NCBI GenBank assembly: GCA_963796275.1
Contig: CAWCKY010000006.1
Span: forward strand, 736,001-800,000
Origin: an uncultured Acidobacteriota bacterium
GTDB taxonomy: Bacteria > Acidobacteriota > Blastocatellia > RBC074
Direction: 5' to 3'
Length of the DNA: 64,000 nucleotides
The position numbers and the translations under genes are program-made. A model generated the notes under the pieces. It was given only the letters and a program-made list of their open reading frames with translations, searched no databases and was not told where the DNA came from. Of the stretch, positions 45,458 through 55,185 are shown piece by piece (the first letter of the stretch is position 1; each line of letters starts with the position of its first letter).

Positions 45458-47890
45458 TCAGTCGCGTCGTAATGCGTCCAACGGATTAATCCTCGTCGCG
45501 CGGCGGGCCGGCAGATAGCAGGCTAGCGCAGCAACGCACGTGAGCAAGACAGCAGTCATCACCAACGTGATCGGATCGGTCGCGCTCACACCATAAAGCA
45601 GGCTTGCCATCAACCGCGTCAATGCAACCGTGACAACCAGCCCGGCGGCAACCCCTGCCAACGCCAGTTTCAGTCCCTGCCGGAGCACCAGATGCAGTAC
45701 GTCTGCGGGCCGCGCGCCGAGCGCCATCCGGATTCCCAGTTCTTGTGTGCGCCGCGTGACCGAGTAGGTCATCAGGCCGTAAAGGCCGGTCATCGCCAGC
45801 AGCAGCGTAATTCCACCCAACAGACCGGCAAACGTGACAATCAGACGCGTCTGCGAGAGAGCTGCTTCGATCTGTCCATTTATCGTGCTGGCTTCGCCGA
45901 TGAACACATTACGATCCACTTCGCGCAGAGCCTGGCGCACCGCGCTCACAGACAGCATCGGGTCATAAGACGTGCGAGCTTGCAGCGTCGCCGAGCTATT
46001 CAGTTGCTGGAAGAGCGGCAGGTAGAAGTAAGGTTTAGGCGTATCGAGCAGGGAGCGGTATTTGATGTCCGGCGCGACTCCGATCACCGTCAACGGCTCT
46101 TTTTCACGCGCCACCTTGATGCGCCGGCCCACCGCATCCTGGTCGGGCCAGAGACGCCGGGCCAGCGTTTGGTTGATGATCACAGTTGGCGGCGCGCCTG
46201 GGACATCCTGGACTCCAAATTCGCGCCCGCCGGTCAGGCGCATGCCGAGCGTGCGGAAATAACCGGGAGATACGAAATCGGGGCTGGCCTGCACTCTATC
46301 CTGCTCGCGCTGCGCCGGGGCGTCTTCAGCCTCGACAGGACGTGGCGAATTTCCCACGATGCTGAGTGGAACATTATGGGTCAGGCTCACCGCTTCGATT
46401 CCAGGCAGGGCGGCTACACGTTCCAGCGCCTGGCGATAGAACGCCAGTGTTTTCACATCGTCATAATCGCGCGGGTCGAGGTCGAGACCGACAAGCAATA
46501 CTTGATCGGGGTTGAATCCGGGATCGATGGCCCGCAATTGCCACAAGCTGCGTACGAGCAATCCCGAGCCGGCGAGCAGCGCCAGCGCCAACGCCACCTG
46601 GGCTACGACCAGCGCACTGCGCAGCCCGGCCCGTTCTGAAGTCTGACCGCGGCCTGTCTCCTTGAGTGCATTGGCTAGACCGATCTTGGCCGACTGCCAG
46701 GCCGGAGCCAAGCCGAAAATGACGCTGGTCAGAATCGTGATCAAAAGCGTGAAGCCGAGCGCGCGGTCATCCAGGCGCGGATCGATCGCCAGTGCGATCT
46801 TGAAGGGTGATTGAAAACTTACCGGCAACCTCATCAGCCAAACGGTAATCAGCAGCCCCGCTCCTGCGCTCAAGAGCGCCAGCAGCAGGCTCTCGGTCAG
46901 CCACTGACGCACTAGTCGCCAGCGTCCGGCGCCGAGCGCCAGCCGAATGCTCGTCTCCTTACGGCGCGCCGCCGCCCGCACCAACAACAGGTTGGCCACG
47001 TTGAAACAGGCTACGCTCAGCGCAAGCGCGGCTATCGTTTCGAGCAGCGCCAGCACGCGCACGACTTCATCACGACGCCCCGGCCAGAATCTGGTCTGCG
47101 CCGTCGGAAAGAGGACCACCGAACGGCCCTCATCGTTTTGCGGGAACGATGCGGCAAGCTGTCCGGCAAGGTTTTTGGTCTCAGCCTCCGCCTGTTCGAT
47201 AGCGACGCCGTTCTTCAGCCGCCCGACTACCATCAGCCAGCGGTTATCGCGTTTGAAAAGCAAATCGGTGCCGCGGAATGCCGTCAGATGATGCGCCAGG
47301 GGAATCCACACCTGAGGCTGTTTCCCCCAGTCGAGCAGAATACTCCTGAAACCTTCCGGAGTTATGCCGACTACCTTGAACTCCTGACCGTTCAAATTGA
47401 CGTTTCGTCCGATCAGCTGGGGGTCGCCACCGAACCGCTCGCGCCACATTCGATGGCTGACGACCGCGACTGCGGCGGCCATCCTGTCGTCATCAGCGGT
47501 CAATAGCCGCCCTGCAGCCGCGCCGACGCCGAGCGTCGTAAAGAAGTCGCCGGTGACCAGCTCCGCGCCGATCTCTTCGGCGTCATCGCCGGCGCGCATC
47601 TTCAAAGGCACGCGACCGTAAGCCGCCAGACCGATGTAGGACTGTAACCGGTCGCGATAGTCAATGTAATCGGGAAAAGAGGTGCCGCCGTAATTGCCCT
47701 TGATAGTCCCATAGATTGATATCAGTCGCTGCGGTTCAGTAACCGGAAGCGGCGGGTAGAGCACCGAGCCGATGATGCTGAAGACGGCAGTGTTCGCGCC
47801 TATTCCCAGCGCAAGTGTGAGCACGGCCACAAAAGTAAAACCGGGGCTCTTCACCAGCATTCGTGCACAATAGCGTAAATCTTGAAGCAT
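45458..47890 (-). CDS. ADOP-type duplicated ABC permease
   Basis: [47 protein letters not shown]. Confidence 0.92.
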   Translation of the reverse strand: MLQDLRYCARMLVKSPGFTFVAVLTLALGIGANTAVFSIIGSVLYPPLPVTEPQRLISIYGTIKGNYGGTSFPDYIDYRDRLQSYIGLAAYGRVPLKMRAGDDAEEIGAELVTGDFFTTLGVGAAAGRLLTADDDRMAAAVAVVSHRMWRERFGGDPQLIGRNVNLNGQEFKVVGITPEGFRSILLDWGKQPQVWIPLAHHLTAFRGTDLLFKRDNRWLMVVGRLKNGVAIEQAEAETKNLAGQLAASFPQNDEGRSVVLFPTAQTRFWPGRRDEVVRVLALLETIAALALSVACFNVANLLLVRAAARRKETSIRLALGAGRWRLVRQWLTESLLLALLSAGAGLLITVWLMRLPVSFQSPFKIALAIDPRLDDRALGFTLLITILTSVIFGLAPAWQSAKIGLANALKETGRGQTSERAGLRSALVVAQVALALALLAGSGLLVRSLWQLRAIDPGFNPDQVLLVGLDLDPRDYDDVKTLAFYRQALERVAALPGIEAVSLTHNVPLSIVGNSPRPVEAEDAPAQREQDRVQASPDFVSPGYFRTLGMRLTGGREFGVQDVPGAPPTVIINQTLARRLWPDQDAVGRRIKVAREKEPLTVIGVAPDIKYRSLLDTPKPYFYLPLFQQLNSSATLQARTSYDPMLSVSAVRQALREVDRNVFIGEASTINGQIEAALSQTRLIVTFAGLLGGITLLLAMTGLYGLMTYSVTRRTQELGIRMALGARPADVLHLVLRQGLKLALAGVAAGLVVTVALTRLMASLLYGVSATDPITLVMTAVLLTCVAALACYLPARRATRINPLDALRRD

Positions 47891-47924
47891 CTCATCATCC
47901 TCCTCATCGCGAAACGATGGTTTA

Positions 47925-48073
47925 GCAGCCCCCGGCGGGTGGATGTTTATAGATTCACGTTCTCACTTGATTCCAGCCGGCGGGGCGACATATAACGCAT
48001 CACATTTCGCTCTTCACGGACCTCAAAGCATTGCTCTATCGAATATTATAAATAGTCCGACCGGTGGGGCTGC
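47925..48073. repeat. About 150-bp double-palindrome element, degenerate copy
   Basis: gcagcccccggcgggtggatgtttatag...gcgacat...tataaatagtccgaccggtggggctgc. Confidence 0.65.
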
Positions 48074-48164
48074 GGGCGCAAAATCCGCTGCACCAACAAT
48101 TCTTAATTTCTCGTTTTCATTTACTAAATGACCAGTAAATACTTGTGAAGATAAAAAAAGCATG

Positions 48165-50675
48165 TCATTCCTGCCTGAGCGCGACCAGCGGATCAACCCG
48201 AGTCGCTCTACGGGCCGGCAGCCAACCGGAAACCGCCGCTACAGCCAGCAACAACAATGTCACCATGGCTATTGTCAGTGGATCGGTTGCGATCGACACG
48301 TACAACATGCCGGCAATCCAGCGCATCGTCGCAAAGGCTGCCGCCAATCCGATCAGCGAACCGGTCGAGACCAGCAGCATCGATTCACCAAGCACCATCC
48401 GTAGAATCTCAGCGCTTTGCGCGCCGAGCGCCATCCGCACGCCGATCTCGTGCGTGCGCCGCGCGACGGTGTAGGACATCACTCCGTACAGCCCGATGCA
48501 GACCAATGCGAGCGCCAGCAACCCGAAGAAGCTGGACAAAACGGCAAAGAGCCGTTCCTTCGCCAACATGCGCGCGATCATCTCGTTCTGTGTTCCGATA
48601 TTTGAAATCGGCAGGTTGCGATCAATTGACTGCACGGCTTGCCTAATTGCGGCTATTACGGTGCTAGGATCGCTCTCGGTGCGCACAGTGAAACTCATCT
48701 CTTCCGGAGGCCCGGGCTGGTTTTGCAGATAAGGTATGTATACCACCGGTCGGATGGCCCCGCGCAAATCGCCGTACTTTGCATCTCGAGCCACGCCGAT
48801 GATCTGAACCTCCCTCATCTCCAAAATTTTGAGGCGCCGGCCGAGCGGGTTTTGATTGGGGAAGAATCGCTGCGCCAGCGCCTGGCTGACGACAGCCACT
48901 TTAGGTGTTTCCTGGATATCCTGCGGCGTCGATTCACGGCCCGACAGCAAGTGAATCCCCATTGTGGCGAGAAACTCGGGGGCGACCGATGCAAGACCTA
49001 CGGACATATTTTCGCCGGCACGCGGCGTGTAGCCTGGTACCTCGACGCGGGGTGTAGAATGATCGCCGGCCACCAGCGGAGCGCGCGAGGAGCTCACGGC
49101 GCGCACGCCGGGCAGGGCGGCGATGTGTTCGGTAATCTGCCGATACAGATTCGCCAATCGCGCCGTTTCATACCCGCTCGAGCCCGGATGTACACTGAAG
49201 ATCAACAGGTTCTCCCGATCGAAACCCGCGTCAATCTGATTGAGGTTGTGTAGTGTGCGGACAAATTGCCCTGCGCCGGCGAGCAACAAGAGCGACATTG
49301 CCACCTGCGCTACGACCAGAGCTTTGCTCAAACGCGACTGCACAGGGCCACTGCTGCCGGGGTTCTCTTTTAGCATCGGCGTCAGATCAATCCGCGTCGC
49401 ACGCAACGCCGGAACCAGGCCGAAGAGAATGCCGGTCAGCATGGAGACTACGGCGGTGAAACCGAGGACGCGCCAATCCAACCTGAGGTCAACGGCAAAC
49501 TCATTCCAGTTCGCAGTCAGCAGCGCGAGCAGCACATCCTTGCCCCAGTCAGCGAAGAGCAGTCCCAGGGCGCCACCCAAAACAGCCAGCAGCAGGCCTT
49601 CGGTCAGTAATTGCTGGATCAATCGAATGCGACTGGCGCCGACAGAGGCGCGGAGGGCCAGCTCTTTCTGCCGGGTTGCGCCGCGGGCCAGCAGCAGATT
49701 GGCCAGATTGATGCAGGCGATCAGAAGTACCAGCCCGACAATCGCCATCAAAATGGCTAACTGACTGGAAAATACCCCGCGCGCGTACATCAACCCTTGA
49801 CTGCCCGAATCCAGCCTGATCTGAGGAGCAGTGCGTTGCTCACTTGCGGCGGGCAGCTCCAGCACATGTCGTTGCAGAATAGCGGTAAGCTCGGCCTGCG
49901 CCTGCGCAGCGCTCACTCCCGGTTTCAGCCGTCCCATAATGTGCAGCCACCAGTTGGACGCCGAATGCTGTCTCTCAGCGTTGCCCGGCGAAACCTGTGC
50001 GAACAGCGCTATCGGCACGGTTATGTTCGGCGCTGAGCCAACATCGAACGTCCCAAAAAATCCCCTTCGTGTAACGCCGACAATTGTGAAGGCCGTACCG
50101 CTGAGATAGACGACCTTTCCGATTACTGCCGGATCGCTATTAAACCTGCGTTGCCAGTAACGATAGCTGATGACCGCTGCCGGTTCTGTGCTTACTTTGT
50201 CGTCATCGTTTGTTAGAACACGACCCAGCAAAGCGGACACGCCAAGATCGGTAAAGTAGCTCCCGGAAACAGCCTGCCAGTGCACCATCTCCGCCTGCCC
50301 ATTCGCGCGCAGATTCAGTCGCTCCAACGACGCAAATGCGAAGACCGAGGCCAGGGTTTGATTCTGATCGCGGAGCCGTTCAAAAGCTGGATAAGAGATC
50401 GAAGTGCTGGTCTGCAGCCCCGTCGCCTCGTCTTTTTCCATTACACCGTTGAAACCGCGTACAACCCCCTGACCGCCCAACCAGCGGAACAAGACCAGTT
50501 GCCCTGGACGACTGACCGGCAGCTCTTTTAACAGCAACGCATCAACCACGCTGAAGATCGCAGTGTTGGCGCCGATGCCGAGGGCCAGCATCAGTACGGC
50601 GATCAGTGTGAAGCCGGGGTTCTTGCGCATAATTCGAAATGCAAAGCGCAGGTCTTGACGAAATCCACCTAACAT
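48165..50675 (-). CDS. ADOP-type duplicated ABC permease
   Basis: RQDLRFAFRIMRKNPGF, LLIACINLANL, EIGVRMALGA, RRATRVDPLVALR; AGGGG RBS before ATG 50675. Confidence 0.92.
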   Translation of the reverse strand: MLGGFRQDLRFAFRIMRKNPGFTLIAVLMLALGIGANTAIFSVVDALLLKELPVSRPGQLVLFRWLGGQGVVRGFNGVMEKDEATGLQTSTSISYPAFERLRDQNQTLASVFAFASLERLNLRANGQAEMVHWQAVSGSYFTDLGVSALLGRVLTNDDDKVSTEPAAVISYRYWQRRFNSDPAVIGKVVYLSGTAFTIVGVTRRGFFGTFDVGSAPNITVPIALFAQVSPGNAERQHSASNWWLHIMGRLKPGVSAAQAQAELTAILQRHVLELPAASEQRTAPQIRLDSGSQGLMYARGVFSSQLAILMAIVGLVLLIACINLANLLLARGATRQKELALRASVGASRIRLIQQLLTEGLLLAVLGGALGLLFADWGKDVLLALLTANWNEFAVDLRLDWRVLGFTAVVSMLTGILFGLVPALRATRIDLTPMLKENPGSSGPVQSRLSKALVVAQVAMSLLLLAGAGQFVRTLHNLNQIDAGFDRENLLIFSVHPGSSGYETARLANLYRQITEHIAALPGVRAVSSSRAPLVAGDHSTPRVEVPGYTPRAGENMSVGLASVAPEFLATMGIHLLSGRESTPQDIQETPKVAVVSQALAQRFFPNQNPLGRRLKILEMREVQIIGVARDAKYGDLRGAIRPVVYIPYLQNQPGPPEEMSFTVRTESDPSTVIAAIRQAVQSIDRNLPISNIGTQNEMIARMLAKERLFAVLSSFFGLLALALVCIGLYGVMSYTVARRTHEIGVRMALGAQSAEILRMVLGESMLLVSTGSLIGLAAAFATMRWIAGMLYVSIATDPLTIAMVTLLLLAVAAVSGWLPARRATRVDPLVALRQE

Positions 50676-50717
50676 ATTCTTCCCCCTATTTTGCACGTGT
50701 GAGGTATACACCATTTC

Positions 50718-50732
50718 TCAATTGCTGTGCCA
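50718..50732 (-). promoter_or_regulatory. Possible sigma54 (-24/-12) promoter
   Basis: TGGCAC-AGCAA-TTGA, one mismatch to TGGCAC-N5-TTGC, about 40 nt upstream of the permease start. Confidence 0.4.
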
Positions 50733-50982
50733 TAAACGTGGCGAAGTAAGTCATTTATTGACGCGGTTTGACCATCATTTCTGAGTAGATTTAAATCGCG
50801 GATGTTCGCTTCTGGGAAAGAGTTTTCCCAATACCGGAAGCGATCCAATCACAAAGCCACATAAAAAGGATTTCACCCTAACCGTTTTTCCAGGCCTTGC
50901 CCTATGCAATTGGCCGATACCGCAGGTGTTTACCATCTGGCATTCTTTGAGTAGTCAGGGCACCTGGCCCTGCTAATTTTTC

Positions 50983-51052
50983 AGACGGATTAACAGGATA
51001 TTCTAGATTTACAGCTCTCCCTCAATCCTGATGAATCCTGATAATCCTGTCT
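50983..51052. repeat. Inverted nonamer arrays (CAGGATT / AATCCTG)
   Basis: agacggattaacaggatattctagatt ... aatcctgatgaatcctgataatcctgtct. Confidence 0.7.
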
Positions 51053-51072
51053 ATGTATATCGGAGGAAGACA

Positions 51073-52011
51073 ATGGCAAATTCATCGGCAACGGCCAGCA
51101 CACTGCTGGCTCTCTCGAATGAACTGGCCGACGCCGTCGCGCGGGCCGGCCAGTCGATCGTCGCAGTCAACGCGCGCCCTCGCATTCCGTCTAGCGGAGT
51201 TCACTGGCGGCAGGGTCTCATCGTAACTGCAGAACATACCGTTCAGCGTGATGAAGAGATCACACTCACTCTGCCGGACGGACAGACGGTGAAGCCGGAA
51301 TTGGTGGGCCGTGATTCGAGTACAGATTTGGCTGTGCTCAGACTCCCGAGCGCGAACATTGCCAATCAGCCAGTGGCGGAGGTCGGGGATGCGACTGATC
51401 TGAAGATCGGGCACCTGGCGCTCGCCGTTGCGCGTCCCGGTGAGCGCGGCCTGAGCGCGAGCCTGGGCGTGGTCAGCGCGCTCAGCGGATCCTGGCGCAC
51501 CTGGGGCGGTAGTCGCATCGATCAATTTATTCGTCTCGACCTGTCGATCTATCCCGGTTTCTCGGGAGGAGCGCTGGTAGACGCGCGCGGCCGCGTGGCC
51601 GGCATCATTACCTCGGGTCCGCGTAACTCCGTGATGGCGATCCCCGCCGCGACCGTCAACCGGGTGGTTGAGCAATTGTCGTCGAAGGGGCGCATCACGC
51701 GCGGCTTCCTCGGATTGGGTATGCAACCGGTTCGATTGCCCGATGCGCTCAAACAATCGCTCAATCTCGAAGGGCACGGGGGCGTCATCATTGTGGAGGT
51801 TAAACACGGCGGTCCGGCAGATCGGGCCGGCGCATTAATCGGCGATGTCCTGGTCGAACTCGATGGTCGAGCGATCGGCGAGCCGGGCGACGTGCAGGCT
51901 GCGCTCGATCCGGAGCAGGTGGGGAAGACCGTTAAGGCCAAATTTGTGCGCGCTGGCGCGCGGATCGAGTTATCTATCGTAGTGGGCGAGCGACCGCCCA
52001 GGGAGGAGTAG
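51073..52011 (+). CDS. S1C/HtrA-like trypsin protease with PDZ domain, no signal peptide
   Basis: TAEH, DLAVL, PGFSGG; C-terminal PDZ; GGAGG RBS. Confidence 0.88.
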   Translation: MANSSATASTLLALSNELADAVARAGQSIVAVNARPRIPSSGVHWRQGLIVTAEHTVQRDEEITLTLPDGQTVKPELVGRDSSTDLAVLRLPSANIANQPVAEVGDATDLKIGHLALAVARPGERGLSASLGVVSALSGSWRTWGGSRIDQFIRLDLSIYPGFSGGALVDARGRVAGIITSGPRNSVMAIPAATVNRVVEQLSSKGRITRGFLGLGMQPVRLPDALKQSLNLEGHGGVIIVEVKHGGPADRAGALIGDVLVELDGRAIGEPGDVQAALDPEQVGKTVKAKFVRAGARIELSIVVGERPPREE

Positions 52012-52012
52012 A

Positions 52013-52909
52013 ATGTCTGTGGTGGAATCATTGATCGCAGGGACCAACTCCTTATTCGCCGAAGAGTCCGCAGCTCTGGCCGAGCGATTGCGACGCTCTA
52101 CGGTGCAGGTGAGAGATGGCTATCGTGGAGGCGGCTCGGGCATTATCTGGCGCCCCGACGGTCTCATCGTTACAAACGCCCACGTCGTGCGGGGCCGTGG
52201 CGCGCACGTCGAACTTTCAGATGGCCGAGCGTTCGACTCCGTCGTAGTCGCGCGGGACACAAGGCGCGATCTCGCATCCTTGAAGATTCAAGCTGATAAC
52301 CTGCCTGCGGCGGAGATCGGCAATTCCGATGGCCTGCGCGCAGGCGACCTCGTTTTTGCGATGGGCAACCCACTGGGCATTCCAGGCGCGCTGACGGCTG
52401 GAATTATGCAAGCGCATAGTCTCGTCGATGGCCGCCGCGGGCCCCAATGGATTCAAGCGGATGTGCGAATTGCGCCCGGCAACTCGGGCGGCCCGCTGGC
52501 TGATGCGCGAGGGCGCGTCATCGGCGTCAACAGTATGATCGTCAACGGTCTCGCCCTGGCTGTACCGAGCAATGCGGTCGAGCGGTTCCTGCTACGGCGG
52601 CATGAGAAGGCCTATCTTGGCATCACATTTCAACCTGTCCGTATCCCAGGCCGGGGACAATCGGGTCAGGAGCATAACGGATTGCTGGTTTTAAAAGTCG
52701 AGGCCGACAGTCCGGCGGATGAAGCGGGTTTGATGCTTGGTGATGTTTTACACGGAGCAAATGGCAGGGAGCTGGATGATCCCGCCGATTTGGCCGATGC
52801 GCTGGCTGATGTCACCTCGGATCGGACACTGCGCCTCGTTCTCACGCGCGGCGGCAGACAGGTCCATTGTGATGTAACTGTGCGCGCTATTATGGCGGAG
52901 GCCGCGTGA
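52013..52909 (+). CDS. S1C/HtrA-like trypsin protease with PDZ domain
   Basis: TNAHV, DLA, PGNSGGPL; C-terminal PDZ. Confidence 0.92.
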   Translation: MSVVESLIAGTNSLFAEESAALAERLRRSTVQVRDGYRGGGSGIIWRPDGLIVTNAHVVRGRGAHVELSDGRAFDSVVVARDTRRDLASLKIQADNLPAAEIGNSDGLRAGDLVFAMGNPLGIPGALTAGIMQAHSLVDGRRGPQWIQADVRIAPGNSGGPLADARGRVIGVNSMIVNGLALAVPSNAVERFLLRRHEKAYLGITFQPVRIPGRGQSGQEHNGLLVLKVEADSPADEAGLMLGDVLHGANGRELDDPADLADALADVTSDRTLRLVLTRGGRQVHCDVTVRAIMAEAA

Positions 52910-53550
52910 TTCGTGTCCTGATAGCAGCCAACGCCCTGCTCGTACGAGCCGGGTTGGAGGCGCTGCTCAAAGAGAGCACAGGGTCGGAGGTCGTAGGGAG
53001 TATTCCCTCTGCGCAGCTCGCGCGCCAAATCATTGACCTGAGGCCGGATGTAGTGGTGCTGGAATGGGAGCGTCACGACGAAGGATTCTCGCCATCGTCG
53101 ATAGCTTTGGGGGTTTTCGGCGACGAGCCGCGCAGGCCTGAGTTCGTCCTGCTGACCGATGAATCTCACGCCCCCTGGGTATTTAATGCCTTACGGGCGG
53201 GTGTGCGCGCTGTCCTGCCGCGCGACGCCACGACGGAAGAGCTGGAGGCGGCAATTATTGCGGCCGCTGCCGGTCTTGTAACGATGCATCCGGATACGGC
53301 CGACTCGCTGCTCAACAGCGCGCCCTCTCCCGCGCACACGCTCACAGCCACGCAATCCCTCACGCCGCGGGAGGTCGAGGTGCTGCGAATGCTGGCCGAA
53401 GGCCTGGGCAACAAAGAGATCGCGTTGCAGCTCGGCATTTCCGAACACACGGTCAAATTTCACGTCGGCTCGATCTTCACCAAGCTCGATGCGACGAGCC
53501 GCACAGAAGCGGTGATGACCGGTGTCAGGTTGGGCTTGATTATTCTTTGA
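52906..53550 (+). CDS. NarL/LuxR-type regulator with atypical receiver domain
   Basis: LTPREVEVL..LAEGLGNKEIA..LGISEHTVKFH; receiver lacks the conserved Asp residues. Confidence 0.9.
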   Translation: MIRVLIAANALLVRAGLEALLKESTGSEVVGSIPSAQLARQIIDLRPDVVVLEWERHDEGFSPSSIALGVFGDEPRRPEFVLLTDESHAPWVFNALRAGVRAVLPRDATTEELEAAIIAAAAGLVTMHPDTADSLLNSAPSPAHTLTATQSLTPREVEVLRMLAEGLGNKEIALQLGISEHTVKFHVGSIFTKLDATSRTEAVMTGVRLGLIIL

Positions 53551-53639
53551 AAGATTACGAAAGAATATCCACCGGTGGACGTCCTCGTCGCTTGAGCGCG
53601 CCACCGGCTGAAAGACTATTGAGATAAAGTGCCCCGCCG

Positions 53640-54512
53640 CTATGTCGAATAGATCGGATTGGACAAGAGAAAACTGATGGCGGCGACGCGAGCCGGATCG
53701 GGCTCTTCATCTGGGATGGCGGCCATTATGGCATCGCATCTGGATTTTATTCCATCGCGGAATTCCGGATGAGTGAAGATATAGAGGTCGTTCCGTAAAA
53801 TGCCTTCCAAAACTCTCTCTCCGACTTTCATCGGATCCATATAGACAGAGGAGACTGAGTGCACCTGGCGCATCTTGTCCGTCTCGGCATACCCCGTGTT
53901 CGAGAGATGAGTCGGACGCGTCAGGCCGCTCTCGGCGATGTTTGTCTGAACGGGGCCCGGGCAAAGGACTGATACGCCGATATTCTCCGCGACCAGTTCC
54001 GTTCGTAACGCCTCCGACAGACCGACGACAGCGAACTTCGCGGTAATATATAAACCAGCCCCGAGTGTCGGAAGGAAGCCGGACATCGACGAGGTGGTGA
54101 CGATGTGTCCGCCCTCGCCATGCGCGAGAATGCGAGGGAGGAAAGTCTGGACGCCGTTGATCACGCCTCCGAGATTGACGTTCATGACCCAGTCCCAATC
54201 GTCGTAAGTCGCGAGCTTCATCGGCCCTCCGAGCCCGATTCCCGCGTTGTTGCACAGCACGTGGACCTTACCGAAGACGCTCTCGGTCTCGTCGGCCGCG
54301 CGATACATCGCCTCGCGGTCAGAGACGTCGAGTTCTATGGCATGAACCGCGCCCGTCCCATTGAACGAAGCCATCGCCTCATCCAGGTGGTCGCGCCGGA
54401 TGTCGGCGATCACTACCTTGATGCCCTCGCGGACGAAGACCCTCGCCATAGCAAGGCCGATGCCGCTGGCCCCGCCGGTAATAAATGCGACTTTGTCTTT
54501 CACGTCTTTCAT
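53640..54512 (-). CDS. SDR family oxidoreductase (LigD/N/O-like clade)
   Basis: TGGASGIG, ADIRRDHLD, NNAG, TYDDWDW, YITAK; GGAG RBS before ATG 54512. Confidence 0.9.
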   Translation of the reverse strand: MKDVKDKVAFITGGASGIGLAMARVFVREGIKVVIADIRRDHLDEAMASFNGTGAVHAIELDVSDREAMYRAADETESVFGKVHVLCNNAGIGLGGPMKLATYDDWDWVMNVNLGGVINGVQTFLPRILAHGEGGHIVTTSSMSGFLPTLGAGLYITAKFAVVGLSEALRTELVAENIGVSVLCPGPVQTNIAESGLTRPTHLSNTGYAETDKMRQVHSVSSVYMDPMKVGERVLEGILRNDLYIFTHPEFRDGIKSRCDAIMAAIPDEEPDPARVAAISFLLSNPIYST

Positions 54513-54556
54513 CGATTTCTCCACTCATATGCCCATATGGTCTTTGAGAATTAAAT

Positions 54557-54802
54557 GAAGACTGTGCAAATAAAAGTTAATTGGAATCAGCATTTTCGGA
54601 CCTGAGCGCCAGAGGCGCGGGATGTTTATAGTATTCGATCACCAAAGTCTCACGAGCTCCGGAGGAGCGACATGTAGGCATTCATATGTCGCTCCTCCGG
54701 AGCTCAGGTTATGGTTAAGATCGTGAGCTATAGACATTACGCGCCCCCGGCGCTGAGACGCGAGACTATTGATTCTGTTGGATTTTAATTTGCACATGCT
54801 TC
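54557..54802. mobile_element. MITE with about 20-bp imperfect TIRs and 8-bp target-site duplication, containing a double-palindrome element
   Basis: AATTAAAT | gaagactgtgcaaataaaa ... ttttaatttgcacatgcttc | AATTAAAT; internal gagctccggaggagcgacat / atgtcgctcctccggagctc. Confidence 0.75.
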
Positions 54803-54863
54803 AATTAAATGTAACAGTTCCGGCCCAATCCACTGACAACACTTGGTGCATCACTTCCTGCTC

Positions 54864-55086
54864 TTTACCCCGAAGGGGTTATTGAAGGTAGCCAGGGTTG
54901 GAGTGCAGCGGAAACCCTGGTGGATATGTAATATGGATCCGCATCCTGAAGGGATGCGAGAGCAGTCAGATGTGATAACGATCGATTTCTCGCATCCCTT
55001 CAGGATGCGAAACTATTGGGGACGGTTCCAGGGGTTTCCGCTGCGCTCCAACCCCTGGCTACCTTCAATAACCCCTTCGGGGTAAA
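54864..55086. repeat. About 220-bp near-perfect inverted repeat (REP doublet)
   Basis: tttaccccgaaggggttattgaaggtagccaggg... / ...ccctggctaccttcaataaccccttcggggtaaa; inner cgcatcctgaagggatgcgaga pair. Confidence 0.92.
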
Positions 55087-55185
55087 AGCTTATATTTCAA
55101 TCCCCGAGCATCACCATTTTATGAGATTGATTGCGATCCATTTGTGATATTTATTTTCAAAGACCATATGGCATATGTGCTTGAT

